Part shown: positions 1 through 11,100 of the stretch, one piece after another | How the letters are laid out: the number at the start of each line of letters is the position of its first letter | Numbering within the stretch: position 1 is the first letter of the stretch | Source: Candidatus Brockarchaeota archaeon | GTDB lineage: Archaea; Thermoproteota; EX4484-205; JAAOZP01 | DNA length: 58,915 nt | Assembly: GCA_017601345.1 (NCBI GenBank) | Contig: JAFNIT010000006.1 | Span: 1 to 58,915, forward strand | Reading direction: 5' to 3' | The notes under the pieces: model-generated | Told to the model about the DNA's origin: nothing | The model's database searches: none | Seen by the model: only the letters and a program-made list of their open reading frames with translations | Program-made: the position numbers and the translations under genes

Positions 1-4
1 GGGC

Positions 5-574
5 ATGGGGAGCAGTCCCACGGTAACAAGCATCCCTTCAAGCCTAATAGTTTTAGATGCGAGTAAGAGTATGGAGAGTGTTTTCGATAATGCTGCAACC
101 TCTGCCTTCATCAACCTATTGTCTGCAGAAGGGGTTGGAGGCAAAACTGCCTCCATAAGCTTCTCTACAGACTACTACTCTGTAGATTGGCAGGGATCAA
201 TGCTTGAGAAAGAAATAGCATTATCGCTATACTTTGGAAATATGACGATACTCCCACTCGGCAGGATAATGGAGCTAGTTTCCGAGAGCGAGAACAGGGT
301 TATAATCAACATAATAACGGATTGCGGATGGCAGAACATAGAGGAGGTACTTCCCTTCTTGGAGCAAATAGTTAAGAGAGGCCACGTGGCCAAAATATTC
401 TACCTGCATGGAGGCGATTACCCTGAGAACCTTAAGAAAGTAAGCAGAGTTAGCGGTATAAGGATAATTCCAGTTAAAGATCCTGAGAAGGATTTACAAT
501 ACCTGGTTGCCAGAGAAACCGGTGGAGACTATGGTCCAATGCTGGTATTTAAAAACCAACCCATTACTACTTAA
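5..574 (+). CDS. VWA-domain protein, probably the C-terminal part of a gene starting upstream of the window
   Basis: MIDAS-like DxSxS (VLDASKSME) and later IITD; frame is open to the window edge. Confidence 0.6.
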   Translation: MGSSPTVTSIPSSLIVLDASKSMESVFDNAATSAFINLLSAEGVGGKTASISFSTDYYSVDWQGSMLEKEIALSLYFGNMTILPLGRIMELVSESENRVIINIITDCGWQNIEEVLPFLEQIVKRGHVAKIFYLHGGDYPENLKKVSRVSGIRIIPVKDPEKDLQYLVARETGGDYGPMLVFKNQPITT

Positions 575-651
575 ACAGCTGTTCGTATTTCTAGACACTT
601 AGTTCTAAGCAATATTGTTAAAAATATCCGTTGCTTTCTTAATGAACAGCA

Positions 652-1506
652 ATGGAGGCTTTAAGCAAGAAGCTGGTGCTCGCATTAGGAATAGTCGCAG
701 TCATAACCATAGGTGTAAACCTAACTATATTCCTCGCTATATTACCATGGTCTATCTCGGCTTCTACTTCGGCTGTTCCACAATCTTCTCTAGAGTCTCC
801 AGAATTAGGGCTAAAGAGAAACTTTTCTCCGTACCTCGGGAGTATTCAGGTTGAGCAGGGGGGTAAAACAATAAGCGTAACAGGCATTGGTATTGCCAAA
901 GCAAAGCCTGAGAGGGCGCTGATAAGTCTGAGTGTGATTACACAGGCAGATAGTGCGGAGGAAGCGATTTCTGAGAATGCTGCTAAGATGGATCTCGTTA
1001 CTAAGGCTCTCAAAACCATGGGAATAGCCGAGGAACAGATAGAAACCTTTGCATACAGCTTAACCCCTCTCTTAGATTATTCTGATCGCAATTCGCCAAA
1101 GATTACTGGCTATACCTGCTCCAATACCATTAGGATTACTACTATGAATCTGAACAAGATAGGGGATATAATTGATAACGCGGTGTCTGCTGGCGCAAAC
1201 CACGTTTCTTCTCTCCAGTTCACGGTATCGGAGGAGAGATTGCGTCAACTAGGGCTAGAGGCATTGAGGAACGCTGTGAAGGATGCTGAGTCAAAAGCTA
1301 AAGCCATAGCCAGTGCTACGGGAGTAACCTTAACAAACCTGTTTTCAATAAGCGTCTTAAGCTATTCTCCGAATGTAGCAAACTACTCCTTTGAATCACC
1401 CATTCCCGCTCCAACACCAATTGCTGGAGTATTATTGACGCCAATACTCCCACCGGGGGAGGTTAGCATAACAGTAAGCATTTCTGCAGTATACGAGTTC
1501 AGATAA
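652..1506 (+). CDS. SIMPL (DUF541) domain protein with N-terminal membrane anchor
   Basis: ISVTGIGIAKAKPE, IIDNAVSAGAN, ALRNAVKDAESKAKAIA and the terminal ITVSISAVYEF strand; hydrophobic N-terminus. Confidence 0.9.
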   Translation: MEALSKKLVLALGIVAVITIGVNLTIFLAILPWSISASTSAVPQSSLESPELGLKRNFSPYLGSIQVEQGGKTISVTGIGIAKAKPERALISLSVITQADSAEEAISENAAKMDLVTKALKTMGIAEEQIETFAYSLTPLLDYSDRNSPKITGYTCSNTIRITTMNLNKIGDIIDNAVSAGANHVSSLQFTVSEERLRQLGLEALRNAVKDAESKAKAIASATGVTLTNLFSISVLSYSPNVANYSFESPIPAPTPIAGVLLTPILPPGEVSITVSISAVYEFR

Positions 1507-2049
1507 ATGTTTAATACTTTAGTTTTTTATAATTCTACTGATGTGATTTCCCGATTGGATGGTGAGGAGGATCTTGAGTATAAACTACGCGGCAAAACTC
1601 TTCAAGTCTATCTTCACCTGATAAGGTCTGGCGTGAATGAGAGCTACGGGGTTAGGGAGATTCAAAGAGCGCTGGGCTTCAAGAGTCCCAGCATAGCCTC
1701 TTACCATTTAGAAAAGTTGAGAGAGCTTGGCCTCCTTTCAAAAGACGAGAAGGGAGACTATCGCGTTATTAAAGAGGTTAACGTTGGATTGTTAAAGCTT
1801 TACATCAAAATAGGAGGACTACGACTACCAAGACTCCTCCTCTATGCCTGTTTTATAACAAGCATGGTTTCAACGTATTTGCTGGTTTATCCTCAAACTC
1901 TGAGCCTGCACAATCTTTTCGCACTATTGGTCGGCTTCTCATCGCTAGCAATACTATGGTTCGAAACATTCCTAGTTCTAAGGGAAACAAAGTTAAAGCT
2001 TATTAAAAAGCAAAACAATGTAAAAAGCATAAAAAGTACCTCCTCTTAG
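1507..2049 (+). CDS. Winged-HTH regulator with two C-terminal TM helices (true start may be somewhat downstream)
   Basis: LRGKTLQVYLHL...GVREIQRALGFKSPSIASYHLEKL, then two hydrophobic segments; paralog at 50260. Confidence 0.8.
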   Translation: MFNTLVFYNSTDVISRLDGEEDLEYKLRGKTLQVYLHLIRSGVNESYGVREIQRALGFKSPSIASYHLEKLRELGLLSKDEKGDYRVIKEVNVGLLKLYIKIGGLRLPRLLLYACFITSMVSTYLLVYPQTLSLHNLFALLVGFSSLAILWFETFLVLRETKLKLIKKQNNVKSIKSTSS

Positions 2050-2096
2050 AAAAATATACATGGTTATAATTGACAATCAATGATGAGCAGAACCAT

Positions 2097-2363
2097 TTAT
2101 TTCAAAAGTCCTACAGCAAACCCTATTAATATTCCTATTGCGAACAATTGCGACGATTCTATGAATGCTTTAATCCATTCGATTGCTGGCAGTATTGCCC
2201 TTAAGAATTCTTCGATCTGGCTTCTAGATACAACAGTAATTCCCAGGAATGCTAAGAGTAAGATTATTAATCCGATTACTGCAGCAACCTTAAGTGCCTT
2301 TGCCATAAGGTATCCTACTCCGATTCCTATTATTAGCCCTATTATTGTAACTGGTTCAATCAT
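2097..2363 (-). CDS. Small membrane protein, FUN14-like
   Basis: GLIIGIGVGYLMAKALK...GILIGFAVGLLK pattern, 88 aa, hydrophobic. Confidence 0.65.
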   Translation of the reverse strand: MIEPVTIIGLIIGIGVGYLMAKALKVAAVIGLIILLLAFLGITVVSRSQIEEFLRAILPAIEWIKAFIESSQLFAIGILIGFAVGLLK

Positions 2364-2466
2364 AGCATTTCAACTCTTGATAAATTATATAAATTTACTG
2401 TATTAAAGCACAGGATCCGGTGAATCTTATGAAACACATAAATAATGTTTTGCACAGGTATGGATT

Positions 2467-3276
2467 ATGTGCAGGCTTCTGGGTGCAATGTTTGTTGAAA
2501 GTAATACTGTTGAAAACCATCTGCTGGATGCTGAATGCTCTATTTTTAAACAAGCGGTTAAAGGTAAGCAGTCGGATGGCTGGGGTATAGGTTTCTACGT
2601 GGGGCGAGTCCCCATTGTGTTTAAGTCTGAAAAAGCCGTATACGAGGAAGAGGAAAGGTTTAAGGAGGTTGTTAAATCCACTAAAGGAAGGATAATAATC
2701 GTACATGTGAGGAAAGCAAGCAACCCTAGAGGACTGCCGCGTGAAAGATTAATATCGCCTGAGAGCTCTCAGCCTTTTTACCATTCAAACTATCTTCTAG
2801 CACATAATGGTTCAATCAACATACCTGACGAAGTGATTAAGAGATTGGGTTACTATAGGGAGCTGGTGAAGAGCAACAACGATAGTGAAGTATACTTCTA
2901 CCTTTTGCTAAGTTTAATCGAGAAGGAGAATGATGTTATCACGGCTTTCAAGAACGTTGAAAAAACTTTGATGGAAATATTCATAGAGGAGAAGCCTAGT
3001 AAGTTCGAAACCCCATTCACTAGTCTAAATACAATATTCTCAGACGGTGAGAAGCTTTACGCGTTTTCAAGATACTTAACTAACCCTGGGAAATCCATAT
3101 GCTATGGGGATTCTCCAGTATTCGAAATGTGTTTCAAATTCGATGAAAAACACCTTGTAGTGGCTTCAGAGAAGACTGAGAGAGGAGTCTGGCACCCATT
3201 GAAAAACAATAATTTGCTTATATGCTGGGTAGAAGAAGATAGGATAGAACACGAGATAGTGGACTTTAACGAGTAA
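2467..3276 (+). CDS. Class II glutamine amidotransferase (Ntn hydrolase, YafJ/EgtC-like)
   Basis: N-terminal MCR nucleophile, DGWG, HVRKAS, AHNG, DSE, ASE motifs. Confidence 0.9.
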   Translation: MCRLLGAMFVESNTVENHLLDAECSIFKQAVKGKQSDGWGIGFYVGRVPIVFKSEKAVYEEEERFKEVVKSTKGRIIIVHVRKASNPRGLPRERLISPESSQPFYHSNYLLAHNGSINIPDEVIKRLGYYRELVKSNNDSEVYFYLLLSLIEKENDVITAFKNVEKTLMEIFIEEKPSKFETPFTSLNTIFSDGEKLYAFSRYLTNPGKSICYGDSPVFEMCFKFDEKHLVVASEKTERGVWHPLKNNNLLICWVEEDRIEHEIVDFNE

Positions 3277-3313
3277 CCAATCTTTTAAATTCTCCATGCG
3301 AGAAAAACATTTT

Positions 3314-6055
3314 CTATTTGATTGTTGATAATGTTACCTCATACCATATTGTTTGATACTCCGGTCCTATCTTAAAAACCTTATACTCGCCCTCATTAAC
3401 TACTTTTACCTGACTAGTTCTCTTACCCCTATTGTCTAACGCCCATACTTCGAGATTCATCCCTGTCCTTATTCTTACAGTTCCGAGTATTCCCTCAGTG
3501 ATGGTTGGCGAATAGCCCCAGTCTGACCCGCAGGTAACTGGTCCGTTGTAGATATGGACACCGGTAAGAGAGTTCCGGAACCATGTTAAGAGACTGTTGC
3601 CTCCTTCATACGTACGTAAACGCATCCCCGTATTCGTAGTATACCCTGCGGCAATTAAGAGCATTCTTTTTGAAGCGGATATATCCTCGTCATCAAGGGT
3701 TGAAAGCGTTATTACACACCAACCATCTAGAAGAGTTTCTCCCACTTCTATAATAACACTGCCACATTTTAATGTTCTTCCTCCACCAAAACCAATTATT
3801 GCAATACTTCTCGAAGTATTTACAAGTATTAATCCTCTTTCTGAATCAGAAACGTTCCATATTATTTCTCCAGTGTCAGAACTATAAGTGTTTTGAGGCT
3901 GTTCAAAACTGATATCGTTGTTAAAAGTGTTTTCAATCGCAATCGCTGTCCTGTGAAGCAAAGATAGTAATGGGTTTAGTCCTGCAGTCCCCCCGTCGGG
4001 AAGCATCCAAGCATAGGCCTTTCCACCCGCTATGAGCATAATCTCATCCTTACTATCCATCTTGATAGTTACAAGCTTTTCTGCAGGTTTTACATCCCCC
4101 CTTACGAAAATAAGATGTGCAGGTATTATAGTTGCCATCTTAACCGGGTGCTGATCTATGTTGAAGAATCCTCTAATCTTTCTAGAATCCCAATTGCCCC
4201 TTGCCCCATAGTCGAAAAGGAATATCCCGTCCCAGTCTTGGAGTGCTGCATATGCTGCTAGGGTTAAGACTGTTTCAGCATCATACATGTTTGGCGAAGG
4301 ATGATTATACTCAGTAACGAAATGAGGCTTTCCATAGACTCTTTTGACAGCCAAGCCCGTAATAGTACTCTGCTGTGGATTATTAACCATGGGTTCATTA
4401 ACAACATACCAATTCGCAGGATCCCATGGGGTTCCTGGAAACCAGGGGTGCATCCAATATGCGTGTGTATCCACTATGTCAAGCTTAGCCATTATGTTAG
4501 GCGTACTACAGCCAACTGTAGTGCCTATTACGAGAGCTTTAACACCGAGCTCCTCCTTTATGAAACGATACATTTCCGTGAAGAAACTCTCCTCCAAGAA
4601 ATATAGGAATTCGATCCAGTCGTTCTTAGCAGCCGAGCTTCTCTTATTATACTCGGAAACGGGAAGTATTTGAACAGTCTTATTACTCAGGCTTTCACCA
4701 TCCATTAAGCCATATCCGTTAAAAAGCTTCATTGAAAAACAGGAAAACTGGTAGGTAGCAATATTTGCTCCAAGCCCTGAGATATCTAGCCTAGCATTAT
4801 CTTCGGATTGAGATGCAAGAAGAGCAATCTCATAATCTACCCAGTCTCTGGTAAGCGTTATATCAACTCTTTGGGAAAGCCCCCTCCATGGTTCATGAGC
4901 CTGAACAAGGCCTATGCTAACTCTAACATTCCTATCCGCCTTAGCGCTGAAACGTACTAAGTATGTTTCGCCTTCGACTATTCTTAACCCGGGTTGGTTA
5001 AACTGTACATGCCAGTTCTCCAAGCCCTTTCTCTTCACAGCGATCTCAAGAAATGCCCTCCCCCCTGCTTCCCTAGCTATCCTATAAGATGCTTCCGCGC
5101 CGTCGTGAACTTCTACAACCCATGAATCCAAACCCTTCTCAAAACAACTGTTTTTCAAAAGCTCGGCACTTTGACTAGGGCTTACTGGTGCTGCCCACGC
5201 CTTCCTAAGATTCTCATCGGAGCCGTATTTAGAGATAAGATAATTATTCCACTTCTCCTTAAGCGCATCCTTAAATATTTGCGGAAGCCTATCTATTGCA
5301 CCGTCCAGCCAAGAGTGTATTAAACCCTGCTCATTAACTATTTCAACAAAGGCCACAGCCGGGTCTTCGCCGTAGGTCATCCCCGTATAGGGATTTAAAT
5401 GAGTCAGGAGTTGTGTCGCATACTCCTTCTCTAAAAATTCAACCTCATCCATGAAAAATCCTAGGATCTGCTGTTCCTTCCAGTCCACGAGCCCGATCTC
5501 TGAAGGTAAACCGTCTGCAACCGTAAACCTTCTAGAGACTAAAAGATTCAGGTCCATGTATATCCCGTTTTCCTTAAGGCAGTGTATGAAGTAGTCCAGC
5601 CTGTCGAGAGCATTATCATTAAGCTTTCTAGTACCGCCTGTGGACTTATCGAAAATGTTGAAGCCTTCCCAACTAGCATCCATATGGTGGAACCGGACGG
5701 CATTCACTCCAAACTTAGCAAGCCGAGCAGCTACTCTCTCCGCCTCATCTTTTTCTGGAAAGGCTGCCCCACCACAGATATTAACTCCCAAAAACTTTAT
5801 TCTCTCTCCTCCAGCATAAAGATGCCCGTCTTCACCTACATAGACATGTCCAAGACTGCCAGCTGGTTTCCCATTATTCATGCTGACGATTGTTTCTTCA
5901 CCATCATCCCAAGGAAGGTAGAAGGGAAATGTTTTTCCACTAAGATTCTCGTTCTCCAATAACACTTTAAAGAATACGAATACTAAAAGTAGGATAATAG
6001 CCAGCAAAAGCGTTGAAAACAAGATGATTCTCTTCCTCATCTTGCTATTCTGCAT
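3314..6055 (-). CDS. Membrane-anchored clan GH-A glycoside hydrolase (GH5-like) with inserted CBM4/9-like module
   Basis: N-terminal TM helix; GVNAVRFHHMD, HLNPYTG, EIVNEQG (acid/base), VTEYNH (nucleophile); insert ELLKNSCFEKGLDSW...WHVQFNQ...GETYLVRFSAKAD. Confidence 0.8.
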   Translation of the reverse strand: MQNSKMRKRIILFSTLLLAIILLLVFVFFKVLLENENLSGKTFPFYLPWDDGEETIVSMNNGKPAGSLGHVYVGEDGHLYAGGERIKFLGVNICGGAAFPEKDEAERVAARLAKFGVNAVRFHHMDASWEGFNIFDKSTGGTRKLNDNALDRLDYFIHCLKENGIYMDLNLLVSRRFTVADGLPSEIGLVDWKEQQILGFFMDEVEFLEKEYATQLLTHLNPYTGMTYGEDPAVAFVEIVNEQGLIHSWLDGAIDRLPQIFKDALKEKWNNYLISKYGSDENLRKAWAAPVSPSQSAELLKNSCFEKGLDSWVVEVHDGAEASYRIAREAGGRAFLEIAVKRKGLENWHVQFNQPGLRIVEGETYLVRFSAKADRNVRVSIGLVQAHEPWRGLSQRVDITLTRDWVDYEIALLASQSEDNARLDISGLGANIATYQFSCFSMKLFNGYGLMDGESLSNKTVQILPVSEYNKRSSAAKNDWIEFLYFLEESFFTEMYRFIKEELGVKALVIGTTVGCSTPNIMAKLDIVDTHAYWMHPWFPGTPWDPANWYVVNEPMVNNPQQSTITGLAVKRVYGKPHFVTEYNHPSPNMYDAETVLTLAAYAALQDWDGIFLFDYGARGNWDSRKIRGFFNIDQHPVKMATIIPAHLIFVRGDVKPAEKLVTIKMDSKDEIMLIAGGKAYAWMLPDGGTAGLNPLLSLLHRTAIAIENTFNNDISFEQPQNTYSSDTGEIIWNVSDSERGLILVNTSRSIAIIGFGGGRTLKCGSVIIEVGETLLDGWCVITLSTLDDEDISASKRMLLIAAGYTTNTGMRLRTYEGGNSLLTWFRNSLTGVHIYNGPVTCGSDWGYSPTITEGILGTVRIRTGMNLEVWALDNRGKRTSQVKVVNEGEYKVFKIGPEYQTIWYEVTLSTIK

Positions 6056-6125
6056 TTTCTAGGCAGGCATAGGCATTTCGATTAGAGAGATTAAAATGCA
6101 TAAACATTCTGATTAAAAATCTTGT

Positions 6126-8030
6126 TTACCAAGGCCATATCCAGGAGGCTTTAGATATTAACGTGATTGTTGTTCCAATAGCTACTACGACCCCCATTCC
6201 GGCTGAGAACCCTGCCAGTACTATGCCTCTCATCGCATTCCATTTTTCTGGTCCCATTAGACGCGGCATAAGATATTTCCCAATAAGCGACATTATGAAC
6301 ACCATTATAGTGTAAGGCGGTATGGAATACATGCCACCGATCAACCCAATAGGGCTTAACGGTATCCCCGCTTTACTAATAACCGTAGCTATTACCCCCC
6401 ATATTATCGCGATACCCATGCCCATGAATATTTGGTCGATCTTTATCGCTATCTGCCGGGTTGCGAAAAGCGAGTCGCTGACAGCGTAGTTTGGCCATAT
6501 GCCCATTACATACGGGTATACGAATGAGGGTATTGGGGCTATTCTCCAGAAGAAGTCTGTGAAAAGCAACCCGAACGTGGCGATCAGTATGAAAGATATT
6601 ATCTGGGCCTTGTAAAAATCCATCGGCCTCGTTTTCGTATTATAAGCTACTCTCGTAGCATTAACCCAGTATGGAGTGGAGAATCCCGCTATAGCTGGTG
6701 TGAATATCCATCCTGCATAACCTTGGTAGGGGCTGTAGTATATCGTGCTCTTCCACATGTTGTATATGAAGTCTGCTGAAAGAAGTATGCCGAGCTCGCC
6801 GTAGAGCCTAGCCGCCACCGATCCGAGTGCGAAGCTCATGCCTATTGATACAACTAGGGGCAACCACACCGGAACACCCGGAACAAGCCAGATGTAGAGA
6901 AGAGCGCTTAGTGCTGAAGATATGAGGTACACAGATAGCAGTAGTTTCGGCGATGGGAAGCCGGGTCCTCCCTTCATCTTACTAAGCTTCGAAAGGGCCC
7001 TTACTATTTTTCTTAGAGATAGTAGGAACAGGTAAATAGACATTCCGAAGGAGAGCCCTATGAAGAGCGAAAGCCACAGCTTTAAACCTGCTCTTTGAAT
7101 AATCAGGAAAATATTCATTCCCGGGGTATATTCCTGAGCCCACTCTGGTGAGAAATCCTTGAAGGTTGTTATGGTGAGCGTATTGCCGAATACCCATGAA
7201 ATTAAGGATCCTACAAATAACGAGCCGGTTAAGGAGGGTGGTAGAACCATTCCATACAGGAAGCTCAACGGATCCGTCGCTATGCCTATTACTGCGCCTG
7301 GAAGGTTGGTCTGTGTATACTGAGTAAAATCTACCCACGGGTATGGTATTAACTGTGCTTGCTGTCCTGCGAGGAGCGGCACAAGATAGAGGAGCATTCC
7401 GTATATCGCACCCATGCTTAACGATGCTATGAAGTACAGCAGGTCCTGCGGCTTCCTTTCATCCAAAGTGTTTATCATGGCAGTATCAATTTGCGCGAAG
7501 GGGAATGGCAGAGGCTCCTCCTCTATGTAAAGGTATGAAAACACTATACTGAGAGAAAGCTCTGCAGCTAAGCCTAAGATTGAGAATGCTAAGTTCACAG
7601 CAATTGCGAAAAGCCAGTCTGGATGTAGAAGAGTCCTTAACTGGTGGGCTGCAGAGGATACGGGGGGAGACATCCACGTGGGCACGTAATCCCTCAGAGG
7701 AGTTCCGCCGAGCTTAAACTCCAAACTAAGAGGGAGATTAACATAGTAAGACCTGTAGATGAACCAGTAGTAGAGAGGCATGGCGCCGCCTATGCCTCCG
7801 ACAATAGAGTATATTATGAATAGCTCCTGTTTAGAAAGCCTGCCGCCGTATATCCTTGCTAAAGCCGTGAACAATATAGCCGTTACATACGTGGCTGCTA
7901 CGCTAACGCTAGAGCCCACTGCAAACCACAAGTATATGGATGCTGGTAGGAATATGAGCGCCGCCATAATCATTGCCAATATGCTTCTCCAAGTTAGTCC
8001 AGGGTAAAACTCAATCCTAGGCTCAGCCAG
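6126..8030 (-). CDS. OPT-superfamily-like polytopic transporter (ORF track start 7979; extended here to a probable CTG start at 8030)
   Basis: Many TM helices; GLTWRS N-terminal motif in the extension, LSKQEL, EEEPLPFP, PIPS motifs. Confidence 0.75.
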   Translation of the reverse strand: MAEPRIEFYPGLTWRSILAMIMAALIFLPASIYLWFAVGSSVSVAATYVTAILFTALARIYGGRLSKQELFIIYSIVGGIGGAMPLYYWFIYRSYYVNLPLSLEFKLGGTPLRDYVPTWMSPPVSSAAHQLRTLLHPDWLFAIAVNLAFSILGLAAELSLSIVFSYLYIEEEPLPFPFAQIDTAMINTLDERKPQDLLYFIASLSMGAIYGMLLYLVPLLAGQQAQLIPYPWVDFTQYTQTNLPGAVIGIATDPLSFLYGMVLPPSLTGSLFVGSLISWVFGNTLTITTFKDFSPEWAQEYTPGMNIFLIIQRAGLKLWLSLFIGLSFGMSIYLFLLSLRKIVRALSKLSKMKGGPGFPSPKLLLSVYLISSALSALLYIWLVPGVPVWLPLVVSIGMSFALGSVAARLYGELGILLSADFIYNMWKSTIYYSPYQGYAGWIFTPAIAGFSTPYWVNATRVAYNTKTRPMDFYKAQIISFILIATFGLLFTDFFWRIAPIPSFVYPYVMGIWPNYAVSDSLFATRQIAIKIDQIFMGMGIAIIWGVIATVISKAGIPLSPIGLIGGMYSIPPYTIMVFIMSLIGKYLMPRLMGPEKWNAMRGIVLAGFSAGMGVVVAIGTTITLISKASWIWPW

Positions 8031-8044
8031 AGTTCCTCACCTTT

Positions 8045-8102
8045 AAGGGTGAAGAGTTAAACACTTTAATAAAAACTTTTTTAGTAAAGGGTGAAAAGTT
8101 AA
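8045..8102. repeat. 16-bp direct repeat in a divergent promoter (candidate operator)
   Basis: AAGGGTGAAGAGTTAA at 8045-8060 and AAGGGTGAAAAGTTAA at 8087-8102, 15/16 identical, 42-bp period. Confidence 0.6.
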
Positions 8103-8127
8103 GATTTATTAAGAAGAGTAGAGAGAA

Positions 8128-11100
8128 ATGACTCCCAGGCGAAGGCCAATGCAAGTTAATGATTACAGGTCGAGTATAATGGCAATATTCTTAATTGCTC
8201 TCATCACGGTAATAGGGGAACCGTATTTTCTGACAGTATTGAGCTCAGCCTCCCCGCTTTCGACTACTCCGCCTTCTATGGTTGACGCTCAGAACCTCTT
8301 TCCATTAAACCTTCAGAGGGTGAGCAGCCTAATACAAGAAATCTCTTCCTTCGGGTCCAGGATGACTGGTTACCCAGGTTATTATAGAACACTCGATTAT
8401 CTTTACAATTATTTCAAGAACGAGTTGAAAATCACGCCCGTGGCTCATAGGTACAAGGTACTAGTGCCGTATGATGAAGAAACCTACATCGAAGTCTTGG
8501 AACCTTTTTCAGCTAGGGTCGATGCGTACGCGCTGTACCCGAACGGGGTTAATCCTTCTCCCACGCCCCCGGAAGGAGTTGTCGGAAGCCTGGTTTACGT
8601 TAAGGATGGTAGTTTAGAAAACTTCGATGAAAAAGATATTGAGGGGAACATCGTCGCCATGGATTTCAATTCTCAAGATAACTGGCTTAAGGCTGCTAAC
8701 CTTGGGGCTCAGGCCGTGGTATTCATCGAGCCGGAGTCAACCATGTACCCTGAATGCGAAGTCAAATTTCTAGATACTCCAATATGCTTTCCAAGGGTTT
8801 ATGTTAAAAAAGCCGATTGGGATCTTCTAAAGAACGCGGGTAAAATCAGGCTCGTCTCCAGGGTTTACTGGAAGGAGATCGAAGCAGTAAACCTGCTGGC
8901 GGTGATTAACGGAACAAGGTCCAGCGATATCATAATGCTTTCAACACATTTCGACTCGTGGTCTGTTGTTCCGGGACTGGCTTCAAGCAAAACCGAGCTC
9001 CTGCCACTAGCACTACTATTAGATTATGCGCACTATCTTAAGGATAATCCTCCATATTACACTGTTTGGATGGTCCTTTATTCTGGGCACTGGCAAGCCC
9101 TTAGGGGTGCGAGGGAATTCGTTGAGGACTACTTTTTCAGCGAAGACGTGATGAGTGGTAGAGTAACAATACGTGGAAACATAAACTTTGACCTCATAGC
9201 CAGCGACTGCGACGGCCTCCAAGTATTACAGTCCAGTTATTACTCTACTTATGGTGGAAATAGTATACATAATGCAGGAATGGGTGTAAGATTAAGATGG
9301 TTTGTATCTAAAATAACCGAAGACATACTGTTAAGAGACGAGGTTGCAGGATTCAGCCGGAACCGTCTAAAGGTCAATAACTCTCTAAACCTGGTAAGTA
9401 TGCAAGTTGCTCCAAGCGCATCTGGAGGATATAACATAAACCCGATCGGAACCGAACCCTATCCATATATGCTGGATTCAGAACCGGTCTCGATCTCCGG
9501 CATAGTGGCCTTCTCCATAACTACTAGGAGCTCAAACAGGCTTTACGTGGGTTCTCCAATAAGCGATGAGAAATATGCTGACCTTACTATTCTAGACCCA
9601 TATTTACAGCTTGCCCTATACATTACTAATGAGCTTTTGAACACAGAGTGGAGCGGCGTGGAAAGAGTTAAGCCGGAGAGATACCTATTAGTACAATCCA
9701 GAGGCTTCCCCGGCTACGCAACTCTCTACGGAAGGGTTGTAACCTACAATTTCAGCAAGGGATGGTACGATGGGGTTCCTAATGCGATAGTGGAGCTGAA
9801 GCTGAACACCCAGTGGGGGCCCTCGACATATAAGCTTAACCGGATAGTCATGAAAGCTGATGAGCAAGGGTATTTCACCGTCCATGGTGTACCTATTTCC
9901 GGCGCAGCAGCAGGCGGTAACGTTGTAATCCCGTTCTCCAGATGGGTTGCGCAAGCCTGGGTTTTCGACGACAAGGGCACTATCCTAATGGCTACTGACA
10001 TGGGCCAGTTCGGCATGAGCAGGTTTCCGCAGGAAGTGATTATCCTACACGAGCATGAAAACATTACTGTGGTGGTGGCTAAAGTAGTTTCAGTCGAGAT
10101 ATTTGATTTCGAACTACCAACCGAGCTCACCACGCCCAGCATAAGAGACCCCCGGGCTGGGACATTCGAGAGATGGAGGTTCTCGAGAGCAGAGCTCATA
10201 CCCTTAGAGTTTTACAGTAAAAGTATACCAATAAGTTTCGGCTCTTATTGTAACGGTTGGGAGCCCGTAGCCATAGCTTGGATACAGCCCAATGTAAGGT
10301 TTGCGGTTTTGGGTACGGGAGTTCTTCTGACAAACTCCTCAGCTGAGAACACAGAGGGGTATGGTCTCTACGCTGACTATGGGAGCAAGATAAGGGTAGG
10401 GTTTTCTGCTCTACAAATTGCTAGGGACCTGTACTACATATCCTACGGAAGGTATGCAGGTCTTGCTAATAAAAACGTTGGAAGCCCGAGTGCGAATGAG
10501 ACTCTTAACAAGGCGAAGGAGTATTTGGAAAAGGCTGAAGAATGCTTAAGCGAGAAGAAATATAGTGAAGCGTATGTTTGTGCGCTAATAGCTAGGGCCT
10601 ATGGTGCAAAGGCCTATGGAATGGAAGTTATGCCACTTATAAACGACTCAGCGAGATCCCTCCTTTACATATTCATCATAATAATACTGGGTGCCTTCTT
10701 CTTGGAAAAGATTTTGGTTCATGCGCAAGGTAATAAGCGTTTAATAGCTATCGTTGCATTCGGAGGATTCTTCATAGGGCTTTTCGCAATAGTTCATCCC
10801 GTTTTTAGCTTGATGAGCAATATATCATTGGGGATGATGGGCTCACTCATATTGGTGGTTTTACTAATTACAGTGATCATTCTGCTCTCACTTAGCGAGG
10901 AGGTTAGGTCAGGCATCGAGAAAAGAATCCTCGGCGTCCACAGGGCTGAGATAAGCCGGCTTGACACAGCTATGATATCCTTCTCTCTTGGAAGCGAACA
11001 CATGCGGCGTAGGCCTTTGCGTGCAATACTTGTCCTCTTAACGATGATTACCATGATTATCGCAATAACATCATTTACCTCTCTTACTCCTTCCCGAGTA

